A stretch of 64,000 nt of DNA, taken from contig CAVTDB010000009.1 of assembly GCA_963733375.1 (NCBI GenBank), positions 128,001-192,000 on the forward strand, given 5' to 3'. Both the position numbers and the translations under genes were made by a program. The notes beneath the pieces are model-generated. The model was not told where the DNA came from. It made no database searches and worked only from the letters and a program-made list of their open reading frames with translations. Positions 22,679-35,210 of this stretch are shown here, in pieces. How positions within the stretch are numbered: the stretch's first letter is position 1; each line of letters begins with the position of its first letter. The DNA comes from Nitrospirota bacterium (lineage in GTDB: Bacteria > Nitrospirota > JACRHJ01).

Positions 22679-25600
22679 CTACTCCTCCAGGAATATTCCT
22701 TCAGGCATTGCGAACGCGTGACCTCCAGGGTGTCGGACCCATCTTCGTGTCCCTCTGCAGATCGAGGGCAGGAGCGCGGACGATCTTGCGGGAGGGATTG
22801 TCGCCGTATAAGATTATCGTCACTTTCGCGTGCGCGTCGCCGTCGCCGCCGCTGTAGTATCGTTGGATTTCCACGGTATATATTCCGCGCTCCGAGTGCC
22901 CCTGGTCAAACACCTCCGGGCCGAAATTCCCCTTCGCGTCCTGTTCGAGCTGGCCTCCCGGTATCGCGTCCTTCGACTCGTAAGTGTTCGGTTGTTTATA
23001 GTCCGTATGCCACCCGACGGGCTGTAGACGTGGGCAGATCAGATCCGCGTGCGGCTTGTCCCAGGAGAGTACGACCATGATATCCTTCGGCTTCACGTAA
23101 CCGTAGCGACGGTTACGGTCTGGCTGCGCGAGACGCCGCGAGGGCCGTTCTCGGCTTCCACTACCATCGCGTTCTGCTCCCGCGACAGGGCAACCTTCTG
23201 CTCGAAGCGGCCCCTGTTTGACCACGATATCCATCGGGTTGCCGTTTAATATCAGCTTCGCGCTTTGGTTTCCCTGGTATCCAATCGTGCCCCGGACCGT
23301 AATCACGCTCTTTTCGGAGACGTCGAACACCTGCCCGTTGCTGGGCGAGATAATATTTACGGGAGCGCCCTCCAGAGGCTCGGAGTAATCCAGCGCGACG
23401 CTGTCCTTCCCGACGTTCCCGTCCACGTCGAACGCCATTACCGTTATAACGTTCCTGCCCTTGAAGAGAGATACGGTCGCCTCGAATGCGCCGTCCTCTA
23501 CAGGATATGATGCGAGAATCGCTGTTAACCGTCAGGGTCACCTTCTTTATCCGCGCGTCCGAAACAACCCCGGTAACGGTCTAAAAACTCCCTGCCGTGT
23601 CCCCTGCACCAGGCGAGACGATGCGCACCTTAGGGCCGGTCGCGTTCTCCGCGAGAAGAGTGCCGCGCGTCAGCACCGAACGTCTGTGGGCGGAGCTGTG
23701 GCGCCACCCCCGCGCGCGCCGCGGACGCGTAGCGGTTTGCGCCGGGTACACCAAGCGACCCCCCGGCGAACCGCTCCCCGCCGGTTATCCCGCCCGCCTG
23801 ATCGCCCGTATATACGGCCGCCGGCGCTTTTGCCGAAACCCAGGACGACTGTTTATGCGCGTCCCCCAAACGGACTCCGCCCGCGCCTCTGCCGTAAGAA
23901 CCAGCGCCGCCACTTCCCGCCGCCGCTTCCGGGCCCTGAGCGGCCGCCTGATGTCAGGCCCGCGACCCCGCCCCTTTTGTGGTCCGTGGCCGATGGGCCG
24001 GAAGGGCCCGCGGGCTGGCCAAAGCCTAATGCGCCGGCCATTTTCCTTGAGGCGCTTTCCATAAGGCCGCCAAGGCCGCCTTCGCTCCCGGACGGGCCCA
24101 GCGCTTTTCCGTTTATCCCTCTGGCAGTCCCGGCGTATCCGCCCGGCGCTTCCGCCGCCGCCCGCGCCAGCGCCGCGTGAAATAATTCCCGATTGAGCGT
24201 ATCCAGCCGGGGCGGTGGACGATTTCTCGTCGAGTCTCGCGACCCCCGCTCCCGGCGTCCTCGCTCCGGCGCCGGGACTTCCCTCCCCAGACCCAGGCAT
24301 TTGAAGTCCCCCCTTGCCCGGAGTCGCCATAACCTTGGCAAACCTCCTGCCGGTCGGGATGCCCATCGAGGACGCGGCCATCCTGTCGCTTCCGGACAAC
24401 ATCCTCGGCTGGCGTTTCACTTCCGCCTGGCCCATGCTGGCACGCGCCTTGGACAGCGCCGGCCCTCCTGTCCTCCGGAAGATGGCATGGGAGGCTGCAG
24501 ACTCTTCCCGCATCTTTTCGTAGGCGGGGACTTCATCCGCCATGTCGGAGAGCGACCTGAGGCCCGGAATTTTTCCGGGTGCCGCGCCCCGCCTGGAGTT
24601 ATCCGTTTCGATTTTCAGCGGCCTGGCCGGGAAGTTTTTAACGTCGTCCTGCGCCATGGCCTTAAGCAGCGGGCTGGTCAGGCCGAGGTCTTTTTCCGCC
24701 GGCCAGGCTTCTCCTTCGCGGTTTGCAAATCCTGCTCATCTAACTTCGCCAGCCTTTCCTTCTCCCGGTCCAGGCCCGCCTCCCGTCGCGCCGGATTGGC
24801 CCAGCGTCCCTCCGGCTATAGCGGCCTTATATCTCAATTTTGCCGCCTTGTACCGATTTTCCGGCGCCGCTTCCGACCCGTCGGGAAGGGCTGTCAAACT
24901 TTTCCTGGACAGTTCCCCACATCCCCCTGGAAAGCTTGCGGCCTCACATCTTTTATCTCCAGCTTCTTCCTTCCGGGCATGACGTCTACCGCCGCGATCT
25001 CTCCCGGTTCTATAGCCAGGACTTCCGCTGCGCCCTTCGCGCTGACCGCTCCCCGCGAGCCGCTGCCTCCCACTTTCATCTCCGGCGCCGCCGGGGCGGG
25101 AAGGTTCTCCATCTGCCCCCCCCGCCACTTTCGGCAGGGTTACACCAGGGCTGACTTTAGTCGGGACGGTCAGCAGTGTAAGCCCCTCCGCCGGACTGAG
25201 AACGCGGCGGGGCAGGGACGCTGGCGGGAGCCTGTTCTTCAGGCGCGGCAGGCGCGGCCGCCTGCGGGCTCCCCCCAACTGGTGTCGCCTCTCCGGCAGG
25301 CCCGGCCTCTCCCGAAGCTCCGGCTTCTCCTGCAGGTCCGGCCTCTCCAGTCTGCTGTGGCGCTTCCGCGGCGGGCTGTCCTCTTCCACGTATGTAAAGT
25401 CGGCGGCTTCTTTTTTTGAACGGCAGTTGATGGGTAGACAGATACATCATAAGCAGCAAAATGAGCGCGTGCGCGATGATGGAAGGCAGGACGAAGAACC
25501 GGACTTTCAGCCTCCTGCGTCCGTGCTCGGCGGTAAAGAACAGGCTCTTCGGCTCATCCGGTTCCGTCAGGTGCGGGCGATTCGCGCCGCTCTTTTTTTT

Positions 25601-26020
25601 GCCAGGTTCCGGTAAAACTTCAGGGCCGCCGTATGGCGCCCGTTTTTTTGCTTGTCCTGCGCGAGCGCGTATTCGAAGACCTCGCGCGCGCGGATAAATT
25701 TGGCCTGGTGGATTAGCAGGATGCCGCGGGTTTCGAGATAGCTGGTGAGGGAGCCTGGGTCAAGCGAGGCCGCCTTGTTCAGATACTCTTCCGCCTTATC
25801 GAAATCCGTGTTCTGGTGGTACAGGACGCTTGCGAGGAGGTGGAGGGCGGCGGGGTCGACCGGCCTTTGCTCAGGTATTTCTCCAGGCAGGCGCGGGCGG
25901 AAGCATAATCTTCGCCTTAAAGTATTGACCGCCCGCCGCGTAAAGCTCTTCGGGCGGAACACCCTCAAGGAGAGCCGCGGGTAAGTGGTCTTCCGGCCCG
26001 TTTATGGTTACATCGGACAT
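22679..26020 (-). CDS. Membrane protein: N-terminal TPR, TM helix, long Gly/Pro/Ala low-complexity linker, Ig-like domains and C-terminal DUF2135/YfaP-like domain (many frameshifts)
   Basis: TPR (YLNKAASLDPG..YLETRG); hydrophobic FFVLPSIIAHALILLLM; C-terminal DIMVVLSWDKPHADL..GGQLEQDAKGNFGPEVF..GIYTV; ends GIFLEE*. Confidence 0.65.
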
Positions 26021-26104
26021 CAGGGAATTCCCTTAAGTTCAAGCGCAAGAAAACGCAGCTTATTTTACGATTTTTCCGGAGAGATTTCAAGTTAAATAAG
26101 AATT

Positions 26105-26955
26105 TCAGCGACCTATGAGCCCCTGGGCAAAGTACAGGACGTTGCGCTTTTTCTCCAGGAGCCTCCTGATGCCGTAGCCGTACCAGTCCGTACCGTAGGG
26201 TATGTATTCGACTACCCTCCGGCCTTTTCGGAGAAGCTCGTCTTTCAGCGAATCCCGGACTCCCATCAGCATCTGGAACTCAAATTGCCCCCCATGGCCT
26301 TCCGAGAGCGTGAGTGCCTGCCCGACAAGGCGCCTGTCGTGCGTTCCAACGGCAAACCTGCCGGATTTATTGAATAATTCCTTAGCGAGCAAAAGCCAGT
26401 TAGAGCGCACCTCCGAAGATTTCTGAAAGGCCGTCTCCGGCGGTTCCTTGTATGCGCCCTTCACAGGCGGATTATCGCACCATCCTGTATCAGCGGTTCC
26501 AAATCCTCCCGCGTCCGCCGCAGGCATGCCTGAAGGGCGATGCCGCACTCCGGGTTGACTGCGTGCATCTCCCTGTAAATCCTGATAGTGTCCGAGGTGT
26601 GAACTGAGCCTTCCATGTCCACCCAGATGAAAATCCCTGCGTCTTTCGCGGCCTTTGCCAGCCCAAGACCATTGTCACGGGCAAGCCAGTATGAGAACCC
26701 CAGGCCCAGGTTGGTGAGCTTTACGGCAAGCGAGGCGTCCAACTTCGCCCTGCCCGCCGCTTCAAGTATCCGCGTATATTCCGCCTTGGCCCGGCTCGCC
26801 GCCTCGTGCGTGCCGACGTTTTCCCCAAGGAAATCGAGAATCGCGCCCATGCCCCGCGAGTTGACAAGCCTCGCCCGGCTTATGGCGTCCTCCAGCTTAA
26901 ACCCGGCAAAGAACTTCTTCGCGAAGGGGTAAAGCAGGCGCTGGCGGAGCTCCAT
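26105..26955 (-). CDS. Monofunctional proline dehydrogenase (frameshift)
   Basis: LDFLGE, VKLT.LGL, WVDME, LQA, IRL(V)KGAY.E, GTHD, FEFQML.GVR, YIPYGTDWYGY. Confidence 0.9.
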
Positions 26956-28132
26956 TCTCGTTGCCTCTTGCAGGGTGGGGAAATTAAGGTCTTATTTTTT
27001 TATAATACAGGACAGCGGAAATGCCGAAGAAGACGGTTACGAGTTGCGGTAGAAAATTTTCAGGGCATCACCGTCCATCCCGGAGAGCCGTCCGATGCCC
27101 CAGAGGGCGAATACCCCGACTACCGCTCCCGGACGAAGCCGGTCGTCGAAAATGAATCCTTTACCCCCCCGGGAAGGTGCGGGCTTCTCCGTTATTTTGA
27201 GGTTCCATTATGTTAAAATTCCTTTCTTTTTGAGTGTCAGCGCGGGCATTATGAGTAATCGGGGGTGTGAAGTCAAGTTAATGGTTTTAATTTTTTCGCT
27301 TCATATGGCCGGTCGGCGATAAGAAAGAGCCTTCGTGATTATCGGGTCTTAGTAGGAGTCGTTTTAGTCGTGGTGCGGTAATACGCGATTGCCGGCGGAG
27401 GCACCCTCATCATTTCCCATGTTTATCGCCTGTGGGCAATCGCTGAAACCGCTAATCATCTATCCTTATCCGTGGCGCTCAAATTGCCTCGGATACCTTG
27501 GGGGGATTTTCTAGTCAAAGACTTTGAAGGGTAGAAAGAACGGCTTTGCGATTATTCAGGAGCCGATAGAATCCGGTGGTGCGAGGGTCGCGGGCGGTTT
27601 TTCTGAATCTAACACGCGCAGGTAGTTCTTCGGTGGTGCCTTTCTATAATTAGCCACTGGCTCTGCTTGCATTTCAGATAAAATTGCGGCTTTCTCATGA
27701 GCAAGCGGCCATAAATCATGAAGCCTGGCGATTTTGGCGGTTTTCCCGGCGGTATCTATGGCGGCTATTCTTGGCGCGGCGCGAGCCTGCTATCGTCTTC
27801 GGTGCTGGGCAATGTATTAAACGACTCATCAGAGTCTCAATGCCCTGAAAGATTTCGGGTCTTGCTGAAATTCGCCCGAAAACGCTAGGATGACATTCTT
27901 TATTTTTGTTAGTTGTCTGGCTGTGGCAGTAGTCATTGCCGCGGCGCATAACCTGGCGGGCCCTTGCTGTGCACTGCTTTTAAATATTCCGTCGGTATAA
28001 ATTTAAGGATAGCTCGGTTATAGTTATCGTAGGAATTATATGTAAAATTTTATTTATCGGCGCGTTGAAAGAGGTGGGTTCAAGTTTGATTTCAGTATTA
28101 AGAATGATTGTATATGTTTTCCATATTTTTTT

Positions 28133-28312
28133 TCACGGAAAGCATCCCAACTGGCAGTTCTTTATTCTGATATTCTCTTCGTTGCAGAACGCGCCGATTT
28201 CCTTCAGCGGGACGCCCGTCTCCTTGCATAGCGCGAACGCCACCGGGCATGGCAGTTTATTGCCGTGTTCCGACGCGGCCTTGCGGATTTTTTCCTTCTG
28301 CTCCTCAGTCAT
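28133..28312 (-). CDS. Small Cys-rich conserved hypothetical protein (59 aa), absent from the ORF track
   Basis: MTEEQKEKIRKAASEHGNKLPCPVAFALCKETGVPLKEIGAFCNEENIRIKNCQLGCFP*; starts 6 bp after the nrdJ stop. Confidence 0.8.
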   Translation of the reverse strand: MTEEQKEKIRKAASEHGNKLPCPVAFALCKETGVPLKEIGAFCNEENIRIKNCQLGCFP

Positions 28313-28318
28313 GCTTTA

Positions 28319-30880
28319 CTATCCGCACTTTGAATAACCGCACGAACTGCATACCACGCAGCCTTCGGCGAAAGAGACCATCGAGCCGCATTCCGGGCAC
28401 TGCGGGCAGTGGTTCAGGAGGTTGTCAGCCGTCAGGCTCTTATCCTCCGTGGTAATCCCCTGCTTTTTTTCGAGCAGGTAGTCCTCCAGCACGGTGGCGA
28501 TGGCGTCCGCGCAGGAGTATATGGTGGAGCCGGAAATCCACGTCGGCGAGGGGCAGCGTATCCCCTTCAACTGGTCGATGATGGACGCCGGTGCACGCCC
28601 GAGCGGAGCGCGAGAGACACGAGTCTGCCAGTGGCCTCCGTCTGGGACGTCGCGCATCCGCCGGATTTGCCCATGCTGGCGAACAGCTCGCACAACCCCT
28701 TCTCGTCCTCGTTTATCGTTACGTACAGCCTGCCGCATCCGGTGTTCACCTGCCTGGTGATGCCTTTCGTGATAAGCGGGCGCGGCCTGGGAATTATCTT
28801 GCCCGGCTCGGGCGGCAGCTTCTGCTCCTGGACTGCCGGGGCCGGCTGGCCCCCTTTGGCCTCCTTGGTCTGCCGGTGGAGAGCACCTGCTCGTCCTTGG
28901 AGCCGTCCCGGTATACGGTGATGCCCTTGCAGCCGAGCTGTAGGCCAGGCGGTAGGCCTCTGCCACGTCCTCGACCGTGGCGTCGTGGGAGAAGTTCATG
29001 GTCTTGGAGACGCCGTTGTCCGATGGTCCTGGAAGGCCGCCTGCATCCGCACGTGCCACTCGGGCGTCGATGTCGTGCGCCGTGACGAAAACCCGGCGCA
29101 CGTCTTCCGGCACCTCGGCCATGTCCGTGCAGGGTGCCGTGCTGCGCGATCCTCTTCATCAGGTCGTCGGAGTAGAAACCGCGCTTCTTCGCGACCGCCT
29201 CGAAATGCGGGTTCACCTCGATGCAGCTCGCCGATGCCCACGACGTGTGGCTGTAGGACACGGCGAAGAGCGGCTCGATCCGCGAGGAGCAGCCGGCGAT
29301 GATGCAGAGCGTGCCGGTGGGGGCGATGGTGGTCACGGTGGCGTTGCGCAGCGGCGGCCGCCGTCCCGGTAGATGCTGCTCGACCAGTTCGGGAACGGTC
29401 CCCGCTCTTCCGCCAGCGCCTCGGACTCGGCCCGGCCTCCGCTGGTGATGAACTCCATCACCTTGTCGGCCAGCCAGGCCGCCTCGCTGTCGTAGGGGAT
29501 GCCGAGCTGGATCAGCAGGTCCGCCCAGCCCATCACCCCCAGACCGATCTTGCGGTTCGCGCTGCGACATCTCCGATATCTCGGGCAGGGGATAGGGGTT
29601 CACCTCGATCACGTCGTCCAGGAAGCGGACCGCCAGTCGGACGCCGCCGCCCAGCTTCTCCCAGTCGACGGCGCCGCCGTCGATCATGCCGGACGCCAGG
29701 TTGATGGAGCCCAGGTTGCAGGCCTCGTGGGCAGCAGCGGCTGCTCGCCGCACGGGTTGGTGGCCTCGATCGTCGTCCAGCTCGGGGCGTCGGGTTGTCG
29801 GCCGGTTCACCCGGTCGATGAAGACCAGCCCGGGCTCGCCGTCCTGCCAGGCGGCCCCACGATCCGGTCGAAGACCTCGCGCGCGACAGCCGGCTCGACC
29901 GACCTTGCCGGTGCGCGGGCTGATAAGGTCGTAGTCCATTCCCTCGTCCACGGCCTCCATGAATTCTCCGTGATGCGCCACGGAGATATTGAAGTTGTTG
30001 ATCCGCCTGTGCCGTCTTGCAGTTGATGAACTCCAGGATGTCCGGATGGTCCACCTTCAGGATCCCCATGTTGGCGCCGCGCCGGGTCCCGCCCTGCTTC
30101 ACGGCCTCGGTGGCCCCGTTGAAGACCCGCATGAAAGAGACCGGGCCGCTGGCGACTCCGCCGGTGGATGCGACCTTGTCGTTCGCGGGGCGAAGCCGCG
30201 AAAAAGAGAAGCCGGTGCCTCCGCCGGACTGGTGGATGAGCGCGGCCCTCTTCATGGCGTCGAAGATGCTCTCCATGGTGTCTTCTACCGGGAGCACGAA
30301 GCAGGCGGAAAGCTGCTGAAGCTCCCGTCCGGCGTTCATCAGGGTCGGCGAGTTCGGCAGGAAATCAAGCCCGATCATCATATCGTAAAACGTGCGGGCA
30401 ACCTCCCCGGCTTCCTTTTCCCCGGAGCCGTAGTTCATCTCCGCGAGGGCGATATTTTCCGCCACCCGGCGGAGCATATCCTCCGGCGTCTCTATTGGAG
30501 TGCCGTCCTCCCCTTTTTTCAGGTATCTTCTTTCGAGGACTTTTATTGCATTGGTATTCAATTGGACTTTCCTTTCATTTATGACGCGGGCGCGGCGCTT
30601 GTGCGTGATACCTGCCGGCACTGCCGGTTCGGGCGCAAGCGTGGCTGAAAATTTCGGGTCAAACGATGCTACCGGCCGCCGGTCAGCCGGTCGCCGGTCC
30701 GCATGGGGCTGTCCTGCCTGAGTCCGGTCTGTCTGGGGCAGGTCTGCTTGAGGCAGGCTCTACCCGAGGCAGGTCTGCCTGCCCGCGAGAGTCCTCGTTT
30801 CCGGACATGTTGAAGAAGTCGTCCTGCCTGTCCTTCCCACTGCCTTCCGAAACTCCCCCGCCAGATTCCTCGAATGCCAT
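28319..30880 (-). CDS. nrdJ: Class II (adenosylcobalamin-dependent) ribonucleotide reductase (many frameshifts)
   Basis: [45 protein letters not shown]-like, [21 protein letters not shown]-like YSCADAIA, C-terminal [14 protein letters not shown]. Confidence 0.93.
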
Positions 30881-30949
30881 AACCGCCTCCGAAGTATAGA
30901 TTTTATGAGGAAAACGTGGAATTTTGAAGTGCTATTTTGTACTTCGTTT

Positions 30950-30977
30950 ATTATACACCACAATATATGGGAGTCAA
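30950..30977 (-). promoter_or_regulatory. Sigma-70 promoter of nrdJ with an NrdR-box-like site in the spacer
   Basis: TTGACT-N16-TATAAT on minus; CCACAATATATGGGAG at 30958-30973 resembles the NrdR consensus acaCwAtATaTwGtgt. Confidence 0.7.
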
Positions 30978-31066
30978 TCATTTTTTAGAACTTTTTAAGC
31001 GCCCCTTCTCATTTTTCATATTTTATTGTTAAAATAGCCTTGGAGGGGAACTAAGACAAATGCAGG

Positions 31067-32569
31067 TCAGGAGTATAAGGAAACAGCAAACCGGCCGCGA
31101 CAACAAGCCGGCGTACGCAAGCTTAAGCATCTCCACCGGTTGGCGCCGGTCACTTCAAGCCCCTTCGGGTTCCGGCTCAGACAATAACTCAAGGGGACCC
31201 TGTCAATCGGATACACTTCAAGCACCACACCCTCGCCAACCCAGTTGCAGAGGATAAGAAACGCGCTTTCACCAGGCTTGCGGGTGAATTCCTCGGGGTT
31301 GTATATCCAGGATATGTCCGTCCTCTTGTAGGAGGCGCGAAGCGACTGCTGCACGTATGATCTTCCCACGGGCCCGTTTATTATGGTTACGTGCGAGTTG
31401 GGGGGGAAATCGGGCATTTCTTTCTTTATGGAGGTCAGGAAGGCCCTGAAGGGTTCCGCCTGGTCACGCCATTCGGCGCCTCTGGCCTCGACCCGGCCAA
31501 TGTTTACCCAGGCAAACAGCGCAAGCAAAGCGACTGAGACGGAGACGAAGGCCCTGGCCGAGAACTTTTCCCTGAGGCGCAGTATCGCCGCGGCAAGTAT
31601 AATCGAAGAGCCGATAGACGGAATATACAGATAGCGGCTTATCGAAGAAAGGATATATCTCGGTTCAAGCTCACCAGGCTGGTGAGGCTCATGGGCAGGA
31701 AGGAAACGAATATCCAGCCGTAACCGAAGAGAAGCGCCTTCCTGTCCTTTACCCAGAAGAAGCTGAGGACGACCCTGCGATGGTCAGGTATATCCTGGGA
31801 TTGGACATTCTGAGAAGGCCCGACGGATGCAGGAAAAAGACCGTCCATCCGCCGAAAAGCATGTAAAGCGGCCGGGGATGGAAGAACCTTAAATTATCGA
31901 CATGGGAACTGAACAGATAAACGAAGACCATGTAGACCATTACTACGGCTATAAACGGCGCGGCCCTCAGCAGTACGGCCTTCTTGTCCCTTAGCCCGTC
32001 GAAATATACCAGCTCCATCAGGATTAAAGCGAGCGGCAGCGATACAGCGTCTTCCTTGCTTAAGACGGCGCATATGAAAAAAACGACCGCCAGGACCCCT
32101 GGCTGGCTGAGCCCTTCCGCCGGTAATCAAGATAGGTGTAGAGGGTTAAAAGATAGAAAAAGAGGCTCAGCAGGCCGCTGCTCGCCGCCTTCCAGAAAAC
32201 GGCGTCGCACCCGACGGCGTTCAGCAGGAAAAACGCGCCGGCGAGAAGCACATAGCCCCTGTCATTAAGCAGTTTTGACAGAAACAGATAAAGAAGGACC
32301 GCGTTGGCGCTATACAGGACAAGGCTGTACAGGTTAAAGATGAACGGGTTAAAACCGGCTATGGAGTACAGGGGCCACCATAATGTATTGCTCAGCAACC
32401 TCAGACTATTGTAGCCGAGTAAAACGTCCAACGGACCGCGGAAGATGTTCTCGATGTACTTGAAGTCGTCCAAGTAGAAGAAATTATTCAGGAAGGGGCC
32501 GTAATATATAAATGCCACGGCAACAGAAGCCAGCGAAAAAACAAGAAGCTCTTTCTTAGCCCTATTCAT
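31067..32569 (-). CDS. Polytopic membrane glycosyltransferase-like protein (GT-C/PMT-like), frameshifted
   Basis: FFYLDDF loop after TM1, DAVFW, KEDAV, RYLYIPSIG, many TM segments. Confidence 0.65.
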
Positions 32570-32687
32570 TATTCTTTTGATCGGCGCCATTTCATATGGC
32601 AATATAACATTAATTTACGCAATCGCCAAGTAAATTATTAACAAACCGCATTTGGGTTCAAGACCCGTCCCATGACCCTGCGGCTCT

Positions 32688-33844
32688 TCAGGCCCCCGCC
32701 TTGAGTTTCTCGATTTCCTTCAGTATTATCTGCTCGGCCAGCCCAGGGACCACATCCCAGACTATTCTCTCCACTACAGCCGGCACGACTTCCCAGACAA
32801 CCTTCTCAGCCACGTCCGGCATGACCTCCCAGACTACCTTCTCGGCGGATTCTTTGGACATCCTTGAAATAACCTCCCGAATCTTCGCCTCCACCAGCCT
32901 GTGCAGATCGTCCGGTTCAAAAGCGGCCTCCGCAGCGGGAGCGGCAGGGAATGGGGCGGGTGGTGCGGACGGGATAGCAAACGGGATGGCGGAAGGCTCT
33001 GCCTCGGCTTCAGCGCCTATGGGGGCAAATGACGGCATCTGCATGAAATCGCTCACATCCGCGAGCGCGGGTTCCGCTTCTTCCGCTTCCAAAACCTCAT
33101 CGGCATCTACAAATTCTTCCGCTTCTATCGCCTCTTCCGCTTCCACCGCTTCTTCAGGGGCTTCCTCGGCCAGAAAAACCTCGTCGTCCTCGTCCGCCAG
33201 GTATGCCTGCGCGGGCTCTTCATCTTCCTCCATCACGGCGTCCATCGGCAGTTCGTCCCAGGGCAGTTTCTCTTCTTCTCCCTGGGAAGGAGTCGCGGTA
33301 AAATAAGACATGACTTCCGACGCCCCCGCCAGGGGCTGGTCCTCGGTCTGCATGTCCACGACGCTCCAGAGGTCGTCCACGGATTCCGCGTCCAGGATTT
33401 CTTCCGCCGGCAAGGCCTCCAGCGGCAGTTCATCCACCGGTACGTGCACATCCAGCGGCTCCGGGGCCGTCCTGGCCTTTCTCTCCACCAGGTCCTTGAC
33501 TTTATTTACAAGTTCGGAAGACTCGAAGGGCTTTATAATATGGCCGTCAGCCAGGGACGAAGAGGCCAGGCCGGGATCGAAATTCTCGAAGGTCCCGGCG
33601 AGAAGCAGTACCGGGATATTTTTCAGGGCCGGGTCCTGCTTTACGGCGGCGAGAGCTGATAGCCGTCCATGCGGGGCATGACGATGTCCGCGAGGATGAT
33701 GTCCGGAGCAGCCTTCCTGGCCGCGTCAAGCGCGGATTCCCCGTCACCGAAAGCGGTTACTTCAAAGTCCTCTTCGGACAGGGTAAGCTCGACGACTTTC
33801 TGTATAGTGATGCTGTCGTCTGCCAGGTAAACCTTATATGGCAT
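32688..33844 (-). CDS. romR: RomR-like polarity response regulator (receiver, acidic linker, Glu-rich C-terminus), frameshifted
   Basis: LADDSITIQKVVELT receiver, LLAGTFENFD, IIKPFES; C-terminal ERIVWDVVPGLAEQIILKEIEKL. Confidence 0.8.
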
Positions 33845-34003
33845 AGTTCCTCCAGAAGGACGCGCGTCTATCGCCTTTTTTTATAATACAAATAAGGAAT
33901 AAAATCAATTTATTTGTTAAGCGGAGGAGGCGACTAAGAGGCGGGAAGATTGCCCGTTTAGGGGGTGGCGGGCGCGGTGTGCATTAGAGCGGAAGTCGGG
34001 AGC

Positions 34004-35039
34004 TTATATCTCCGCCCAGGGCCTCGGTATGAAAAGGTCCTGGTACAGCTTCAGGGCGTACCTGTCCGTCATGCCCGCCACGAAATCGCTGACCTTGCGC
34101 GCCCGGTCGGAATTTAATTTGCCGTAGGACCCTGGCAGGGTTATATTTTCATCCAGGAAATAATTAAATATCTCGGTCAGGATTTTGGTGGCCTTTAGAA
34201 ACTCGCCGTAAGTCTTTTTGTTCTCGTACACGTTCGCGAAAAGAAACGACCGCAGCTCCTCCGTGGCCTCGCGGACGCTATCCCCCATCCTTATCTCGTC
34301 GAGTCCGGCATCCAGGCTGGAGAATATGACGTCTTTAACCATCGTGTCTATTCTCTTCGCATGGCTGTTCCCCAATGTCTTTATAATCGCCTTCGGCACG
34401 TCGGAATTTTTTATCACCTTCGCCCGGACCGCGTCGTCCAGGTCGTGGTTGGCGTAGGCTATCCCGTCCGCCACCCGCACGACCTGCCCCTCCAGCGTCT
34501 CCGCCCTGACGTTTAGCGTCATCGGGAAGCATCGCGCCCTTGCCCTTCGAGTGTCTTAGAATTCCGTCCCGCACCTCATAAGTCAGGTTCAGGCCCTGCC
34601 CGTCCCTCTCCAGCACATCCACCACCCGAAGGCTCTGCTCGTAATGGTTGAACCCGCCGGGCAAGATGGCGTTCAGTACCGACTCCCCCGCGTGGCCGAA
34701 CGGGGTATGCCCGAGGTCGTGCCCAAGCGCGATCGCCTCGGTCAAGTCTTCGTTGAGCCTAAGCGCTTTCGAAATGGTTCGAGCTATCTGGCTCACCTCA
34801 AGCGTATGCGTGAGCCTTGTGCGGTAGTGGTCGCCTTCCGGGGCCAGGAACACCTGGGCCTTGTGCTTCAGGCGGCGGAACGATTTGCTGTGGATTATGC
34901 GGTCGCGGTCGTGCTGATACGCCGTGCGGATGATCCCCTCGGTTTCAGGAATCGCCCGGCCATGGCTCATCGCCGCTCTTGCCGCGCGGGGATGCAGGAT
35001 TTGTTCTTCTATTTTTTCCGACTGCTGGCGTATGTTCAT
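34004..35039 (-). CDS. dgt: Deoxyguanosinetriphosphate triphosphohydrolase (frameshift near 34520)
   Basis: [51 protein letters not shown]. Confidence 0.93.
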
Positions 35040-35210
35040 AAATTTAAAGCGTTAATCTATTCAGCTATTTTAACTTTTGCTAAGGCGCTCGCTCTATATA
35101 TTTTCATATTCGAAAAATCCGATAATAGTAAGGTGGAAGAAACTAAAGAGATGTTTATGGGATATGGAAACCAGGCAATCACATTTATAAAAACGGGAAA
35201 CAAAACAGGA

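Noticed and set aside
27300-28130. Replication origin or group II intron remnant
   Set aside because: No TTATCCACA box cluster and no recognisable domain V or RT
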